Notes under the pieces: model-generated
The model's database searches: none
What the model was told of the DNA's origin: nothing
The model's input: only the letters and a program-made list of their open reading frames with translations
Program-made: the position numbers and the translations under genes
Shown here: positions 25,482-38,702 of the stretch, piece after piece
Layout of the letters: the number at the start of each line of letters is the position of its first letter
How positions within the stretch are numbered: position 1 is the first letter of the stretch
Origin: Geosiphon pyriformis uo1
Lineage: Eukaryota; Fungi; Glomeromycota
Direction of reading: 5' to 3'
NCBI GenBank assembly: GCA_016748015.1
Contig: JAAOMT010000494.1
Coordinates: 922,190-986,189, forward strand
DNA length: 64,000 bases

Positions 25482-26331
25482 TGTTATTTATAGAATATAG
25501 GAAGTATATATTAGCATAAATTAACCAATCAGAAGTAACTGTAATAAATGTAGAATTCTAGGATTTCTCTCAGAAGAATTGCAAGATTCCAGAAATTTCA
25601 GAATTCTCATACAAGAAATTGCAGGATTCTAAAATTCCAGAATTCCTCTCAAAAAATTGCAGGATTCCAGGAATTCCAGGATTTCTGGTATAAAAAATTG
25701 AGGAATTGAGAAATCTCAATTCTGTATATATAGTGGTAGTGTTAGAAGTAGAAAAGACAGACCTCTTAGTTTAGATATTAATTTAAGCAATCTTTTAATT
25801 TACAAATATTAATAAATACTTATTTGATATCTCAATCCACTCTTTACTATCAACTCTTCATGTTGATAGTCTCGAATACTTGACTACACTAGAACAATAA
25901 CTCTTGATCATAACTATTAACAAGATACTAACAATTATTGCTTTGGCTTATTTCTTTTATTTCCTTTTATTTTTTTCTGTTGTTATTTCTTTTGTTCTAT
26001 TAACTGAATTAAAAAAATTCATGCGCAGAGATACTAATGTCAGAATATAGCACTGATAAAAGACTCAGGAATAAGGATAGACACTCAGAATTGAGGATAG
26101 CTTACCAGAAGAATTACCAGCCATTATACTAAAAAAGAAATTGATAAAACTGGAGTTTCAGAAAGCTATGGATAAAAACAACCAATTATATTTCTGTCTA
26201 TTATACAAAAAACTCCTTAACAAAACCTTCAGATCAACAAAATCTTCAGATATCAACATACTAGAATACCAATTAAGCACCAAGTTACAGGTTGTTATTT
26301 GCTTTGAGATCCCAAATAATCACTTGTAACA
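25482..26331 (+). repeat. 3' LTR of C
   Basis: Follows the PPT and ends cttgtaaca. Confidence 0.93.
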
Positions 26332-27652
26332 ACATCTGGATTAGGGATAAGGACAATGTTAACTTATTCTGGAGAGTTGTTTTTTATTTCCAGAATTTTA
26401 CTGGGCGAAGTGTCTTTTATTTTGGCATTGGTCATTTACCAGATCTCATCTTCATCATGTAAGTAACTATCTAAGCAAAAAATCACTTGGTGCTAGACAG
26501 CAGTAACAGATGTTTCATGACTTACCCAGTTACTGATGAGGATCGTATATTAACATGAAGCATTGCATATTTCTCCTCAACCAGGAATGTCATTCCATAT
26601 TTCTTTGTTAAGTAACTGTTTATTGCAAGCAAAACATGACTCATTGTCTCACTTTTCTTGTTTTTTTGGGTAGTCATAGCATTTTCTATAGTATGGCTTA
26701 TAGTAGTAGTGGGTTCTTGTCCAATAGTCTTCATTAGGTGCAATCTAAGCTCCCATGAAGAAAAGTTTCTTTCTACAGTCTTCACATTTGAGAGGTATAT
26801 ATGGTGGTTCTTTTATTGGTTCATGTGAGTACTCTCTTTCCCAGCCATTAATTATTTCTTCTGTGGTAGTGGTTTCTTCAGATATGTCTTTTTCTTTCTT
26901 TTTTTCTTTGTCATTCCAAGAAAGTACTGGTGATAACTTGTTGTGTTCTGTATTAGTCCAGGAAACTTGGTATGCTTCCTAAGTAGATTTTCTTTTTTTT
27001 TCTTCGAACTCAATAAGTGGTGCTAATAGTATAGTGATAGGCTTGAAGTAGTTACACATGGCTGATACACATGTGTGTTAATTATTCTGGCTAAGCTGGA
27101 GCTCTTGGGTGTTCCAATTGAGCATCACATTGGTTTTGAACAGCCAGTTATTACCAATAAGTGCTTGGTATTGAGTGGCTTCCATAACTAATACCTTAAT
27201 TAGTATGATAATACCATTGACTTCAATGGGTAAGTTATTTATTTTACCAATTAGAATTTTGATGGCTTTATTAGCTGTAATTATCCTTGCACTGGCAGTT
27301 CAATCAATTTAGTGACCATATTGGTCCATAAGCTGTCTTGTGATGATATTGCCAGCTAATTTACTATTTAGAATCAGTTTGATGGAATGGCTATCAATTT
27401 TGACATCAGTATATATTGCAGTAATAAGTTTTTCCTTGAGGGTAACTTCACTAAACAAAAAGACTTCTGCTGATTCTTCAATTTTAAAGAGAAATATAGC
27501 TGTGAATAACTTGTCTTTCATAACAGTGGCTGGTAGAATGTTGCTGGTAAGTGTTGGTTGTTAGTTGGTTTCCAGATTATTGGGTTGGGTGTCTTTTGGG
27601 ATAACCAAAAGACTTAAATAGTGTTGAGAATTTGGGTTTTGTGCATACTCGG
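26332..27652 (-). pseudogene. A protease and Cys-rich domain
   Basis: AIFLFKIEE...IKLILNSKLAG, followed by Cys clusters. Confidence 0.83.
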
Positions 27653-28501
27653 TGTTACTTATAAAATATAGAAAGTATATTAGCATATAACTTAGTCAAT
27701 CAGAAGTAGCTGTAGTAAATATAGAATTTCAGAATTCCTTGCAGTAGAATTGCAGGATTCCAGGAATTTCAGAATTTTTGTACAAGGAATTACAGGATTC
27801 TAGAATTCCAGAATTTTTTTCAGAGAAATTGCAGGATTTCAGGAATTCCAGAATTCTTGGTGAGAAAAATTGAGAAATCAAAGAATCTTAATTATGTATA
27901 TATAGTGGTAGTATTAAAAAAAATAAAACAGACCTCTCAGTTAAGATTTGATCTAAGCAACTTTCCATATCACAAATAAATAAATTATTCACTATTTCAA
28001 TTCATTCTCTACTATCAACACTTTATGTTAATAGTAATTAATACTTAACCACACTGGAACAATAGTTCTTAATCATGGCTATTGATGGGATACTAACTTA
28101 CTACTGTCTTGGCTTATTTTTTTATTTTTTTTATTTTCTTTTATTTTTCTTTTATTTCTTTGTTATTCTTTTGTTTTACTAATTGATTAAGGATTAAGTG
28201 CTGAAATACAAACATTATAAGGACTGGTAAAAGACCTGTGAAACAAGAGTAGAACATTCATAAATTTGAGAATAGCTTACCAGGAGAATTACCAGCCACC
28301 ACACTGAGAAAAAAATTTGATGGAATTGTGATTCTAGAAGACTACTGAAAAGACACAATTGAATCTCTGTCTATTATACAAAAAACTTAATCTAAAACTT
28401 TCAGATAATCATATCTTTAGATACTATTGCCAAAATATCAACCAAGTACCAAGTTACAAGTTTGTTATTTGATTTGAGACCCCAAATAATCATCTGTAAC
28501 A
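27653..28501 (+). repeat. 5' LTR of E
   Basis: Colinear with 32969-33808. Confidence 0.93.
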
Positions 28502-30904
28502 TTTAGTACTTCTTGTAAGATATAATTCTACAGAAAACCAGCACCAACTACAACTATTCCAAAAATGGCAGAAACAAAAATAGTAGGGACAAACCATTTA
28601 GGATTTGCCAAATCTTTATTCTAATAGTACAGCTAACAATTAGGATTAAGCAACAATTATTATTCAACAGAATTAGCCTTTAATTTTTATGTCAATGAAA
28701 GAATCAAAAATTTCCTAGGAGTACCAATTAACATTGAATCAGCAAGGAAGAATTTCTACACAGAATTAATTCAACACACCAGCTTACCATGAAATCATAG
28801 TTTTGCACTAATCATCAAAGAAATTAATTAAACCATCAAAAGATACACTTAACAACTATTTCCCATTATCTACACAAACAAAAGTAAAGAAAAATTACAA
28901 ACACCAGCAGAAATACTAAAAAGAATCCAAGTACCAAACTGGAAAAAACAAAGAATTAAATCTCCAACATACTTATTATATTACCATACACTTGGAAGTA
29001 CAATTAATATTTTATTAGCAGGTGTGTCCATTTTAAACACAACATTAACATTTAGATGACTCTCATTTCAAAGTAAACAAAAGAAAGCAAAATTACTGAG
29101 AACTTACAGTGATTACTTTGAGGAATTTAAATTGCAATCGCCAATGCCATCAGGATTCCAATCACCACCACCTCAACTAGATTTTGGAAACACAAGTTCC
29201 TGGGAGATAATGGCATCAGAAAAAGAGAAAGAAGAGGATCAAGAATTTAATTATCAAAATCCGATCACAGAAAATCTGGAAGTTGAAATCTTGAATATTC
29301 AAATCCAGCAAACTCCGAATAATCTGAACCCTAAGTTAATTAATCAGAAAAACTTACCTCCAGAAATTGCCATTAATCAGCAACCAATTAATCTGATTGC
29401 TGAACAACCTCAACAGCTGCCAATATTATCTCAACCACTATCTCTTTAATCACTACAACAAAATGTGGATCCAATGGCTTACACCCCAATAGCAAAACTT
29501 GAGAAATTTACCAGTAAAAAAGATGATACACAAGTATGGCTGAATGATGTGAAAAAAGCCATCACAGCCAACAAATAGAATGACACCTGAGCACTCCAAG
29601 CCATCCCCTATTTCTTACAAGATACCACCGACTCATAGTATCAAAGTTTAGCTGCTAAACCTTAAAAATTCTAGGAATTTAAACTTGCATTTTTAGGATA
29701 TTTCAGTAATAATAATAGTATTAATTGCTTAGTCAACACCTTTATCACAATCAAACAGAGAGAAAGAAAAGCAGTTACCACTTACTTGGAATGCTTTCAC
29801 AGGAACTTGTGCCAAATTCAAGCAATCCATGCTGATTATTTTACAGTGCCACAGATTCTAAACCAGTTCATCTGTGGACTATGTAGTAGCATCTTTCAAT
29901 GTGTATGCCCAATACACTCATAAACCCTCTAAGATGCAGTTACCAATGCATGGGATTTCAAATTTGCTGAATTCAAAGCTAACCACATTCAAGCTGTTAA
30001 TCTAATAATGAACAGATTATCTGAATTGAATTTTAAGCTGAAACAATTTAGTAATTTCATTAACAAAAAATTAGAAAGGTACTTAGCTAACAATCAGACA
30101 GTTTATTAATCTCCACAATAACACAATAATCAAGAAAATGCAAATCATTTCCAGAATCAGCTCTATCCATCATTTTTGACCAATCAACAATAGTATTAGT
30201 CCATAAAAAGAATAGAAAAATCCACTTTTGTGTGGATTACCAAAAACTGAATGAAATAACCAAAGGAGATAACTATTCAATACCAAAGATCCAAGAGCTG
30301 TTTGATGCTTTTGGAGGAAAGAAATGGTTCTCAACTTTAGACTTAGACAGTAGTTACTGGCAAGTAGCTATGAACTCAGAAGATAAAAAGAAAACAGCAT
30401 TCACAACATGAGAAAAAAATTTTGAATTCAAAGTTATGCCATTCAGCTTGATAAATGCACCAGCCACTTTCCAGTAACTTATGAAAATTGTTTATACTGG
30501 GCTACTATAGAAATCAGTAGTCATATACTTGGATGACACCAATGTGTTCTCAAAAACATTTGATGATCATTTACATCATCTCCAACAAGTATTTAAAAGA
30601 TTCAGATAAGCAAGATTGAAACTAAATACCAACAAATGCTTCTTTGGCAAAACAGAGCTCAAGTTTTTGAAACATGTTGTAAACAAAGATAGTATCAAAA
30701 CAAATTCAGATAATATTGCAATAATAAAAAACTTTCCAGAAACAAAAATTTGCAGACAATTACCATGCTAGATAGAAAATAGAACTTTTCCATTTAATTA
30801 TACAGTACATTACAAAAAAGGAAAAGAAAATGGAAATTCCAATGAACTGTTACAAATAAGACAAATCTAAAAACATTTCAACCCAAAAAAAAATATAACA
30901 AAAC

Positions 30905-32281
30905 ATGAATACACATAAATACCAACAACTCCAATATTATATAAATACCCAATTGTTCAAGGAGAAATTATTTCAAAAAAAACAAAACAACATAAAACAG
31001 CAATCAAAATATTTTATCAACCATCAAAATATACTTTACCAGAAGAACAAAAAAAATCCAGATCAACCAACTAGAGTAATTACAGAACCAGAAAAAGAAA
31101 CAATATTATTTAACATGCACTCAGATCTAATAGCAGAACATTTTTATAAAGAAACAACCATAAAAAGAATCAGAAAAAAATACTATTGGCCATCTATGTA
31201 TTCAGACATCATCCAATATGTTTAAAATTGTGATGCTTGTCAGAGAAGAGAAGAAACAAAACCCAATAAATCATTGAAACCAATTAAAGTTGAACAACCA
31301 TTTGATTATATTGGAATTGACTTAATCAGACTATTAATAATTACCAGCAGAGGCAACAAATATATTGCAGTAGCCATTGATTATCTCACAAAATGGCCAG
31401 AAGCAAAAGCTATTCAAAGAGCAGATGCAGAATTCATTGCCAAATTTGTTCATTAAGATTTGATCTGTCAACACGGATGTTCAAAAAAACTATTATCAGA
31501 TCAAAGAACTCATTTTGTGAATAGAACATTAGAAAAATTAAGTCAAAAATTTAGAATTAAAAAACCATTGTTATCACCATACTATTCACAAACCAATGGA
31601 TTAGTCAAAAGATTCAATAGAACATTGTGCAAAGCAATTGCCAAAATCAGCCAAAAAAATCAAAACAAATAAGATTTGTTTATACTATCAGTATTATTTG
31701 CTTATTAGACAATAAAACAAGATACTATATAAACAACACTATTTGAATTAATATATAATAGAACAGCAACACTACCAGTGGAGATAGAAATATGAACATA
31801 TCCAACAGAACCAATAACAGCAGAAAATTTCCAAAGAACATTGTTGAGAAGAACATATGGCTTAATGGAAACACTAGAAAACAAAAGACAAAGAGCAGCT
31901 GATAACATACAAAAGTTATAAAAAAAACAGAAAGAAAAACACAATAACTAACTACCAGAAAAACTAGATGAATTCAAGATTGGAGACAAAGTACTGCTAC
32001 ATCATACCAAAGCGAAAAAACAATAGAGTAGAAAATTTGACCCCAAATGAGACGGACCATTTCACATAGAAAAAATTTTAGGAAATAGAACTTATAAATT
32101 AAGATGGAACAACAAAATCTTAACCAAAGCAGCACATGAAGATTGATTGAAGCCATATCACAGTATAACAATATCATCTACCAGTAATATTACACAATTA
32201 AAAGTACAGAGAATACTAGTCAAACCAGATAAGATTCCATGAGATCTAGAACTAATTATAATCATTGAACCAAACACATAA
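30905..32281 (+). pseudogene. E integrase ORF
   Basis: MNTHKYQQLQYYINTQ, MHSDLIAEHF, IGIDLI, SDQ, QTNGLVKRFN, DGPF. Confidence 0.9.
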
Positions 32282-32341
32282 AATTAAACAATCAAAAGAG
32301 TATATAAAAACATGGTATACACAATGAAAGACAGTAGAAAA

Positions 32342-32954
32342 ATGAAGATCACTGACAGCATTTACTTACTAGCACAACAACTTTTTCAACTGATACAACA
32401 ACAAGAGATAGAAATTACAATCAACCAATAAACTATCCGATACACAAACACTAGAAAAAAACCATGAGACAAAATATGGAGGAAAACAGAAAACACTATG
32501 GACAAAATAATCACAAAAGTGAAATTGGCAATAGAAACACAACCAAAAGTCACCCAATATCAAGAGTTGACTATAGAAATTTGAAATTGGTAGATACAAC
32601 AATTTCCAAAAAACTTTTGTTATTTTTATTTGGGACAACACTTGAATATTCAGAACTTATATATGGATAAAACAAAATGATTATTTAACACAACAATACT
32701 GCAACAACTAGAACAATTTGACCACATAAGCAAAAGCCATCTATCAGCTACACACCAAATTTCAGGATCAACCAGAAATCTTACTCAATCCAAAAATGAA
32801 CTCTGTTACCATTAACCAAATGGGAAAAATAACAAATGCCTAATTTGAAGAATTATAGAACAAGATAACACAAATAATTCTTGAAAAAGAAGTTTAAGAA
32901 ATACTCAAAGACAGAGATTTAGAATTAGAAGATCTTGCCAAAGCTTAATATTAA
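32342..32954 (+). pseudogene. E ORF3 (unknown)
   Basis: Close homologue of the C ORF3. Confidence 0.78.
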
Positions 32955-32968
32955 AGAGGAGAGAATAA

Positions 32969-33808
32969 TGTTACTCATAAAATATAGGAAGTATATTAGC
33001 ATATAACTTAGCCAATCAGAAGTAGCCATAATAAATGTGGAATTCTAAGATTTCTTGTAGTGGAATTGCAGAATTCCAAAAATTTTAGGATTCTTGTACA
33101 AAAAATTGCAGGATTTCAGAATTTCAGGATTCCTATTAGAGAAATTGCAAAATTCCAGGAATTTCAAAATTCTTGGTGGGAAAAATTGAGGAATCAAAAA
33201 ATCTCAATTATGTATATATAGTGGTAGTATTAGAAGAAAAAAATACAAACCTCTTAATTAAGATTTGATCTAAGCAGTCTTCCACATCACAAATAAATAA
33301 ATTATTCACTATCTTAATTCACTCTTCACTATCAACACTTTATGTTGATAGTAATTGATACTTAACCACACTAGAACAATAGCTCTTGATTATGGCTATT
33401 GACGGAATACTAACTTACCACTGCCTTGGCTTATTTTTTTTATTTTTTTTTATTTTTTTTTTATTTTTTTATTATTCTTTTGTTTTACTAATTGATTAAG
33501 AATTAAGTGCTAAAGTACAGACATCATAGGAACTGGTAAAAGACCTGTGAAATAAGAGTAGAACACTCATAGATTTGAGGATAGCTTACCAGAAGGATTA
33601 CTGGTCACTACACTGAAAAAAAATTTGACAGAATTGCAATTCTGGGAGGCTACTGAAAAAACACAATTGAATCTCTGTTTATTATACAAAAGACTCAACC
33701 AAAAACCTTCAGATAATCATACCTTTAGATACCACTACCAAAATATCAACCAAGCACCAAATTACAGTTTGTTATTTAATTTGAAACCCCAAATAATTAT
33801 CTGTAACA
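32969..33808 (+). repeat. 3' LTR of E
   Basis: Follows PPT aaagaggagagaataa and ends tgtaaca. Confidence 0.93.
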
Positions 33809-35888
33809 CCAGTTTCCAAATTCCAAGACTGTGATCTTAATTGTTGTGTGGAGGAGTTGGGGATTGGTTGGTAAACAACCATTGCTGATTTCCAATTTTA
33901 AATAACTCTTGATCTAGAATTTCTTAATGTTATCTGAGCTGGGTTTGATGGCAGTATTTGAACTGCAGATTTTTGATAAATTATTTGTAACTGTAGTGGT
34001 TAATATATTACTTGTGGCTGCAATTGATAAACTGGGGGTTGATATATGGGTGGTTGATAAATAGGCTGCTGCATCATTGACAGATAAATGGGTTGATCTT
34101 GATCTTGATTTGCATAATAATTTGGCATTTGAAGTTTGCAATCGGAGTTTCTATATTGATTTTCCGATTATATGTTACTATAAGAATGGCAGTTAGCTTG
34201 GATATGGCCTTGTTTACCACAGTTGTGGCAGACACATGTCTCTGGCTGCCATGGCTGATTAAATGATAATGATAAATGTGACTGATTTTGGAAACAATTC
34301 GCATTTCCTGAATTATTGCATTATTGTGATGGTTAATAAATTGTGTGATTGTTAGCTAAGTATCCCTTAATTTTCTGATTGATTGAATTACTGAATTGCT
34401 TTAGTTTAAAATCCAAGTCAAATGATCTATTCATTACTAGATTTACAACTTGGGCATGATTAGCTTCTAATTCAGCTAATTCAAAATTTCTGGTACATGT
34501 GACTGCATTTTGTAGGTTGACTGGATGTAGTGGCCATATGTGTTGCAGAATGCTACTGTGTAATCCATGAATAAACTGATTCAGGATCTGGGTTGCAGTG
34601 AAATAATCAGTATCAATGGCTTGTATTTGGTGCAAATTTTGATGAAAATGTCCTAAGTAAGTGGTGACTGCTTCAATATCTTCCTGTTTAATGATGATAA
34701 AAGTGTTGGCCAAGTGATTAATACTATTGCTATTACTAAAGTATCTTAAAAATTCCAATTAAAATGCATCAAATGTTTGGGGTTTCTGAACTAGGCTATG
34801 ATACTACAAGTTGGCGGCATCCTGAAAAAAATAGGGGATTGCTTGAAGGGCTCTGATGTCATTCCAGTTATTGGCAGTGATGGCTTTGGTAACATCATTG
34901 ATCCATGTTTGGACATCGTCCTCTTCACCAGAAAATTTTTCTAGCTTTGTGATAGGTGTGTATACTATTTGTGCAATTAGTAGTTGAAGTGGTTGAAGCA
35001 TTTGTTAAATAAATTGCTAAAGTGATTGCTGTTAAATTGGTTCAATAATTGGTTTAATTGGTGGCTGATTGATGATGATTACTGAAGATAAGTTTTGCTG
35101 ATTAATTGTTTTGGGGTTTGGATTGTTTTGAGTTTGCTGAGTTTGAATGTTTGGAGTTTCAACTTCCAGATTTTCTAAAATCAGTTTTTGGTAAGTAAAT
35201 TTCTGATCTTCACTTTCTTTTTCTTCCTCTTTTTCTGATTTCATTACTTTCTATGGATCAGTTGTTCCAAAGTTTGGTGGAAGTGGTGGTAATTGAAATC
35301 CTGATGGAGTTGGTGATTGCAATTTAAATCCTTTAAAATATTTGCCATATGGTCTTAATAACTCTGCTCTTCTTTGTTTACTTTGAAATAGGAATTGTCC
35401 AAAGGTTGATGTTACATTTAATGTGAATGTGTCTACTGAAAAGATATTAATGGCACTTCCTGGTGTATAATAGTATGATAGATTGGTTGGTAATTCAACT
35501 TTGGTTTTTTCTAAGTGGGTGGTTGTATCTTTTTGGGTGTTACTATTGGTGTTTGCAATTTTTCTTTGCTTTTGTCTGTGTAGGTAATGAGAAATTGTTG
35601 TTGGGTGTATCTTTCAATGGTTTGATTGATTTTTCTGATAATTGGTATGAAACTGTAGTTTTTTGGTAAGCTGGTATGTTGAAACAATTCTGTATAGAAA
35701 TTTTTTCTTGCGAATTCAATGTTAATTGTTCCTCCTAAGCAATCTATGATTTTATTGTTAACATAAAAGTTGAAGACTGATTCTGCTGGAAAATAGTTGT
35801 TGTTTAATCTTAACTGTTGGCTGTATTGTTGAAACAAGGATTTGGTAAATTCTAAATGGTTTGCTCTTATAATTTCTGATTTTGCCAC
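33809..35888 (-). pseudogene. A gag
   Basis: PITKLEKFSGEEDDVQTWINDVTKAITANNWND and EFLRYFSNSNSINHLANTF. Confidence 0.87.
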
Positions 35889-35931
35889 TTTTAGATGATT
35901 GTTGTTAGTGCTGGTTCTCTATAAGATTATA

Positions 35932-35948
35932 CCTCACAGGGAGCACCA
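35932..35948 (-). promoter_or_regulatory. Primer-binding site of A
   Basis: cctcacagggagcacca on the plus strand. Confidence 0.9.
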
Positions 35949-35950
35949 AA

Positions 35951-36729
35951 TATTACAAGTAATTATTTGGTGTCTTTAAGCAAATAACAAACCTGTAACT
36001 TGGTGTTCAGAAGCTATTCACAATGATGATAATCTGAAATATTGTTATCTAAAGATTTTGGTTAAGTTCTTTGTATAATGAACAGAGATTCAATAGTTGT
36101 TTATCTGTAGCTTCCCAGAATCACAATTCTGTTAATTTTTTTCTTCAGCTTGATGGTCAGTACTCTTCTAGTAAGTAGTCCATAATTCTTTTATGTGTTC
36201 TATCTATTTGCAAGAGTCTTTTACCAGGCAATTTTTGACATTAATAACTCAGTGCTTTAATTCTTTAATTGATTAGTATACAACAAAAGAAATAACAAGA
36301 AAATAAAGAAAATAAAAGAAATAAAAGAAAGTAAAAAAATAAGCCAAGACGATAAAAGTTAGTATCCCGTCAATAGCTATGATTAAGAGCTATTGTTCCA
36401 GTATGGTTAAGTATTAATTACTATCAACATGAAATGTTGATATTGGAAAGTAGATTTGAGATAGTAAATAATTATTATTTGATATTTGTGATGTGAAAGG
36501 TTGCTTAAATCAAATCTAAACTAAAAGATCTCTTTTTTTACTTTTAATGCTACTGATATATATACATAATTAAGATTCCTCAATTCCTTAATTCTTCACC
36601 CCAAGAATTCTGGAATTCCTGGAATTCTGCAATTCCTTTGAGAAGAATCCTAGAATTCCATATTTACTATAACTACTTTTGATTGGCTAATTTATATGCT
36701 AATATACTTTCTATATTCTATGAGTAATA
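35951..36729 (-). repeat. 5' LTR of A
   Basis: Related to the C and E LTRs, with a shorter GGAATTCC array. Confidence 0.88.
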
Positions 36730-38702
36730 CTGGCCACTACACTGAAGAAAAAAATTTGATAGAATTAATATTTCAGAAGACTACTAAAAACAAATATTGA
36801 ATCTCTATTTATTATACAAAAAAATCAACCAAAATTTTCAGACATCAAACCTTTAGATATTACCAACTATATTACTTATTAAGCACCAAATTATGAGTTT
36901 GTTATTTGTATCAATACTCTAAATAATCATCTGTAACATTTGATGCTTCTTGTAAGATACAATCTAGCAAAAAACTAACATCAGCAACAATCATTCAAAA
37001 CAGTGGCAGAATTAAAAAAACTAAAGACAAATCACTTGGAATTTGTGAAAGCTTTATTCTGACACCATTAAACTCACCTAAGATTAATAAGTAACCATTG
37101 GCTAACAGAATCAACTTTCAACTTCTATGTCAACAAAAAAATTAAATTTCATTTAGGAGACCAAGAAAATTCAGAAGCAGTACTCACCAATTTTTATAGT
37201 AAATTACTTTAGAGTATTATGCTTTTACAAAATTATTTGTTTGTTTCAATAATTATAAAAATTAATAGAAAAATTAAAAAACACATTAGACAGAAATTTT
37301 TTATTATTTTTGCAGATAATAACAAAGAAAAATTACAAACATCAACAAAAACACCAAGAAGCATACAACCACCTACTTGGAAGAAACCAAAAGTAGTTTC
37401 ATCTATTCACTTATTATATCATTATATACCAGAAAGTACCATTAACATAACATCAGCAGGTGTGTTTACATCAATTACAAAAACACTATCAACAAGAATT
37501 ATGTTCCAAAACTACTAAGAAAAAACCAACTTATTGAGAACTTACAATGATTACTTAGAAGGATTTAAATTGTGATCACCAATATTATTAGAATTTTGAT
37601 CACTGTCATTTTAACCCAATTTCAGAACCACTAGTTCTTGGGAAATAACTGACTTTGAAAAAGAGAAAAATGAAAATCAGAAATTTAATTATCAAAATCT
37701 GATCTTAAAAATCCCAGAAATTTAAACTCCAATTGTTTTAACTTAGCAAAACCTAAATAATTCAAACCCAACTCCTATTGTTTCCTAAAACTTACCTCTA
37801 GTAATTGTAATTGATCTACCACCAGTTGTTCTAATTGCCAAACAACAACAACAGTCACAACAACTATTTCAACTACTACCACTACAAAAATTATTACCAA
37901 TAACATATGCACCAATTACCAAATTAAAAAAATTCAACAGTAAGAAAGACAATGTCCAAGTTTGATTAAATGACATCACAAAAGCCATCACTGCTAATAA
38001 TTAGAATAATGCTAGAGCTCTTCAAGCCATTTCATATCTTTTTAAGAATACCACCAATTCATCATATCAAAGCTTAATTCAGAAGCCCCAAAATTTCAAT
38101 GATTTTAAAATGAATTTTTGAAATACTTTAGTAATAATAACAGCATTAATTGTCTTATAACTGTTTTCATTACTATCAAACAAAAAAAAACTAAAGCCAT
38201 TACTATGTACTTAGAATGTTTTTATAAAAATCTCCATTAAATACAAGCAATTGATGTGAATTATTTTATAGCACTACAGATTTTAAACCAGTTCATCTAT
38301 GGTCTATACAGTAGTATTTTACAATGTATACATCTATTATATCCATAAACTCTCTAAGATACAGTTACCTATATCCAAGATTTTGAATCAGCTGAGCTGA
38401 AAGCCAACTATATCCAAGCTGTTAATTTAATAATGAACAAATCATCTGAATTGGACTTTAAGTTGAAACAATTTAGTAATTCTATTAATCAAAAATTAGA
38501 GAGATACTTAATTAACAATTAAGTTATTTATTAACCTCCACAATGTTACAATAATTCAGAGAATTCAAATTATCTCCAAAATCAATCACATTTATTATTG
38601 TCAAATAATTAACAGTGGTAACAAGAGACACATAATTGCTACTATTGTGGTAAACAAAAATATTTGCAATTTGAATGTCATACTTAGTTAAATAATTAAT
38701 GA

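Larger units (their letters stand above)
5224..26331 (+). mobile_element. Element C: full-length LTR retrotransposon, interrupted by B and inserted in A
   Basis: LTRs at 5224-6074 and 25482-26331. Decayed PBS at 6077-6093, PPT at 25467-25481. TSD atgt/acat. Removing C rejoins A's ...NPD-VFLNIETSP.... Confidence 0.94.
27653..33808 (+). mobile_element. Element E: internally deleted LTR retrotransposon (6.2 kb) inserted in A
   Basis: LTRs at 27653-28501 and 32969-33808, with PBS and PPT. TSD tcgg/ccag. Gag 28565-30190 is fused to RT core 30190-30737, which is fused to the RH tail. Integrase at 30905-32281, ORF3 at 32342-32954. Confidence 0.93.
2798..36729 (-). mobile_element. Element A: LTR retrotransposon split by C and E, 3'-truncated within RNase H
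   Basis: 5' LTR at 35951-36729, PBS at 35932-35948. Internal pieces at 33809-35888 (gag), 26332-27652 (protease, Cys domain) and 2798-5223 (dUTPase, RT, RH start) rejoin in frame across the insertions. Confidence 0.9.

Noticed and set aside
35932-35948. tRNA gene
   Set aside because: Only the 17-nt 3' end including CCA is present, adjacent to an LTR. It is a PBS with no cloverleaf.
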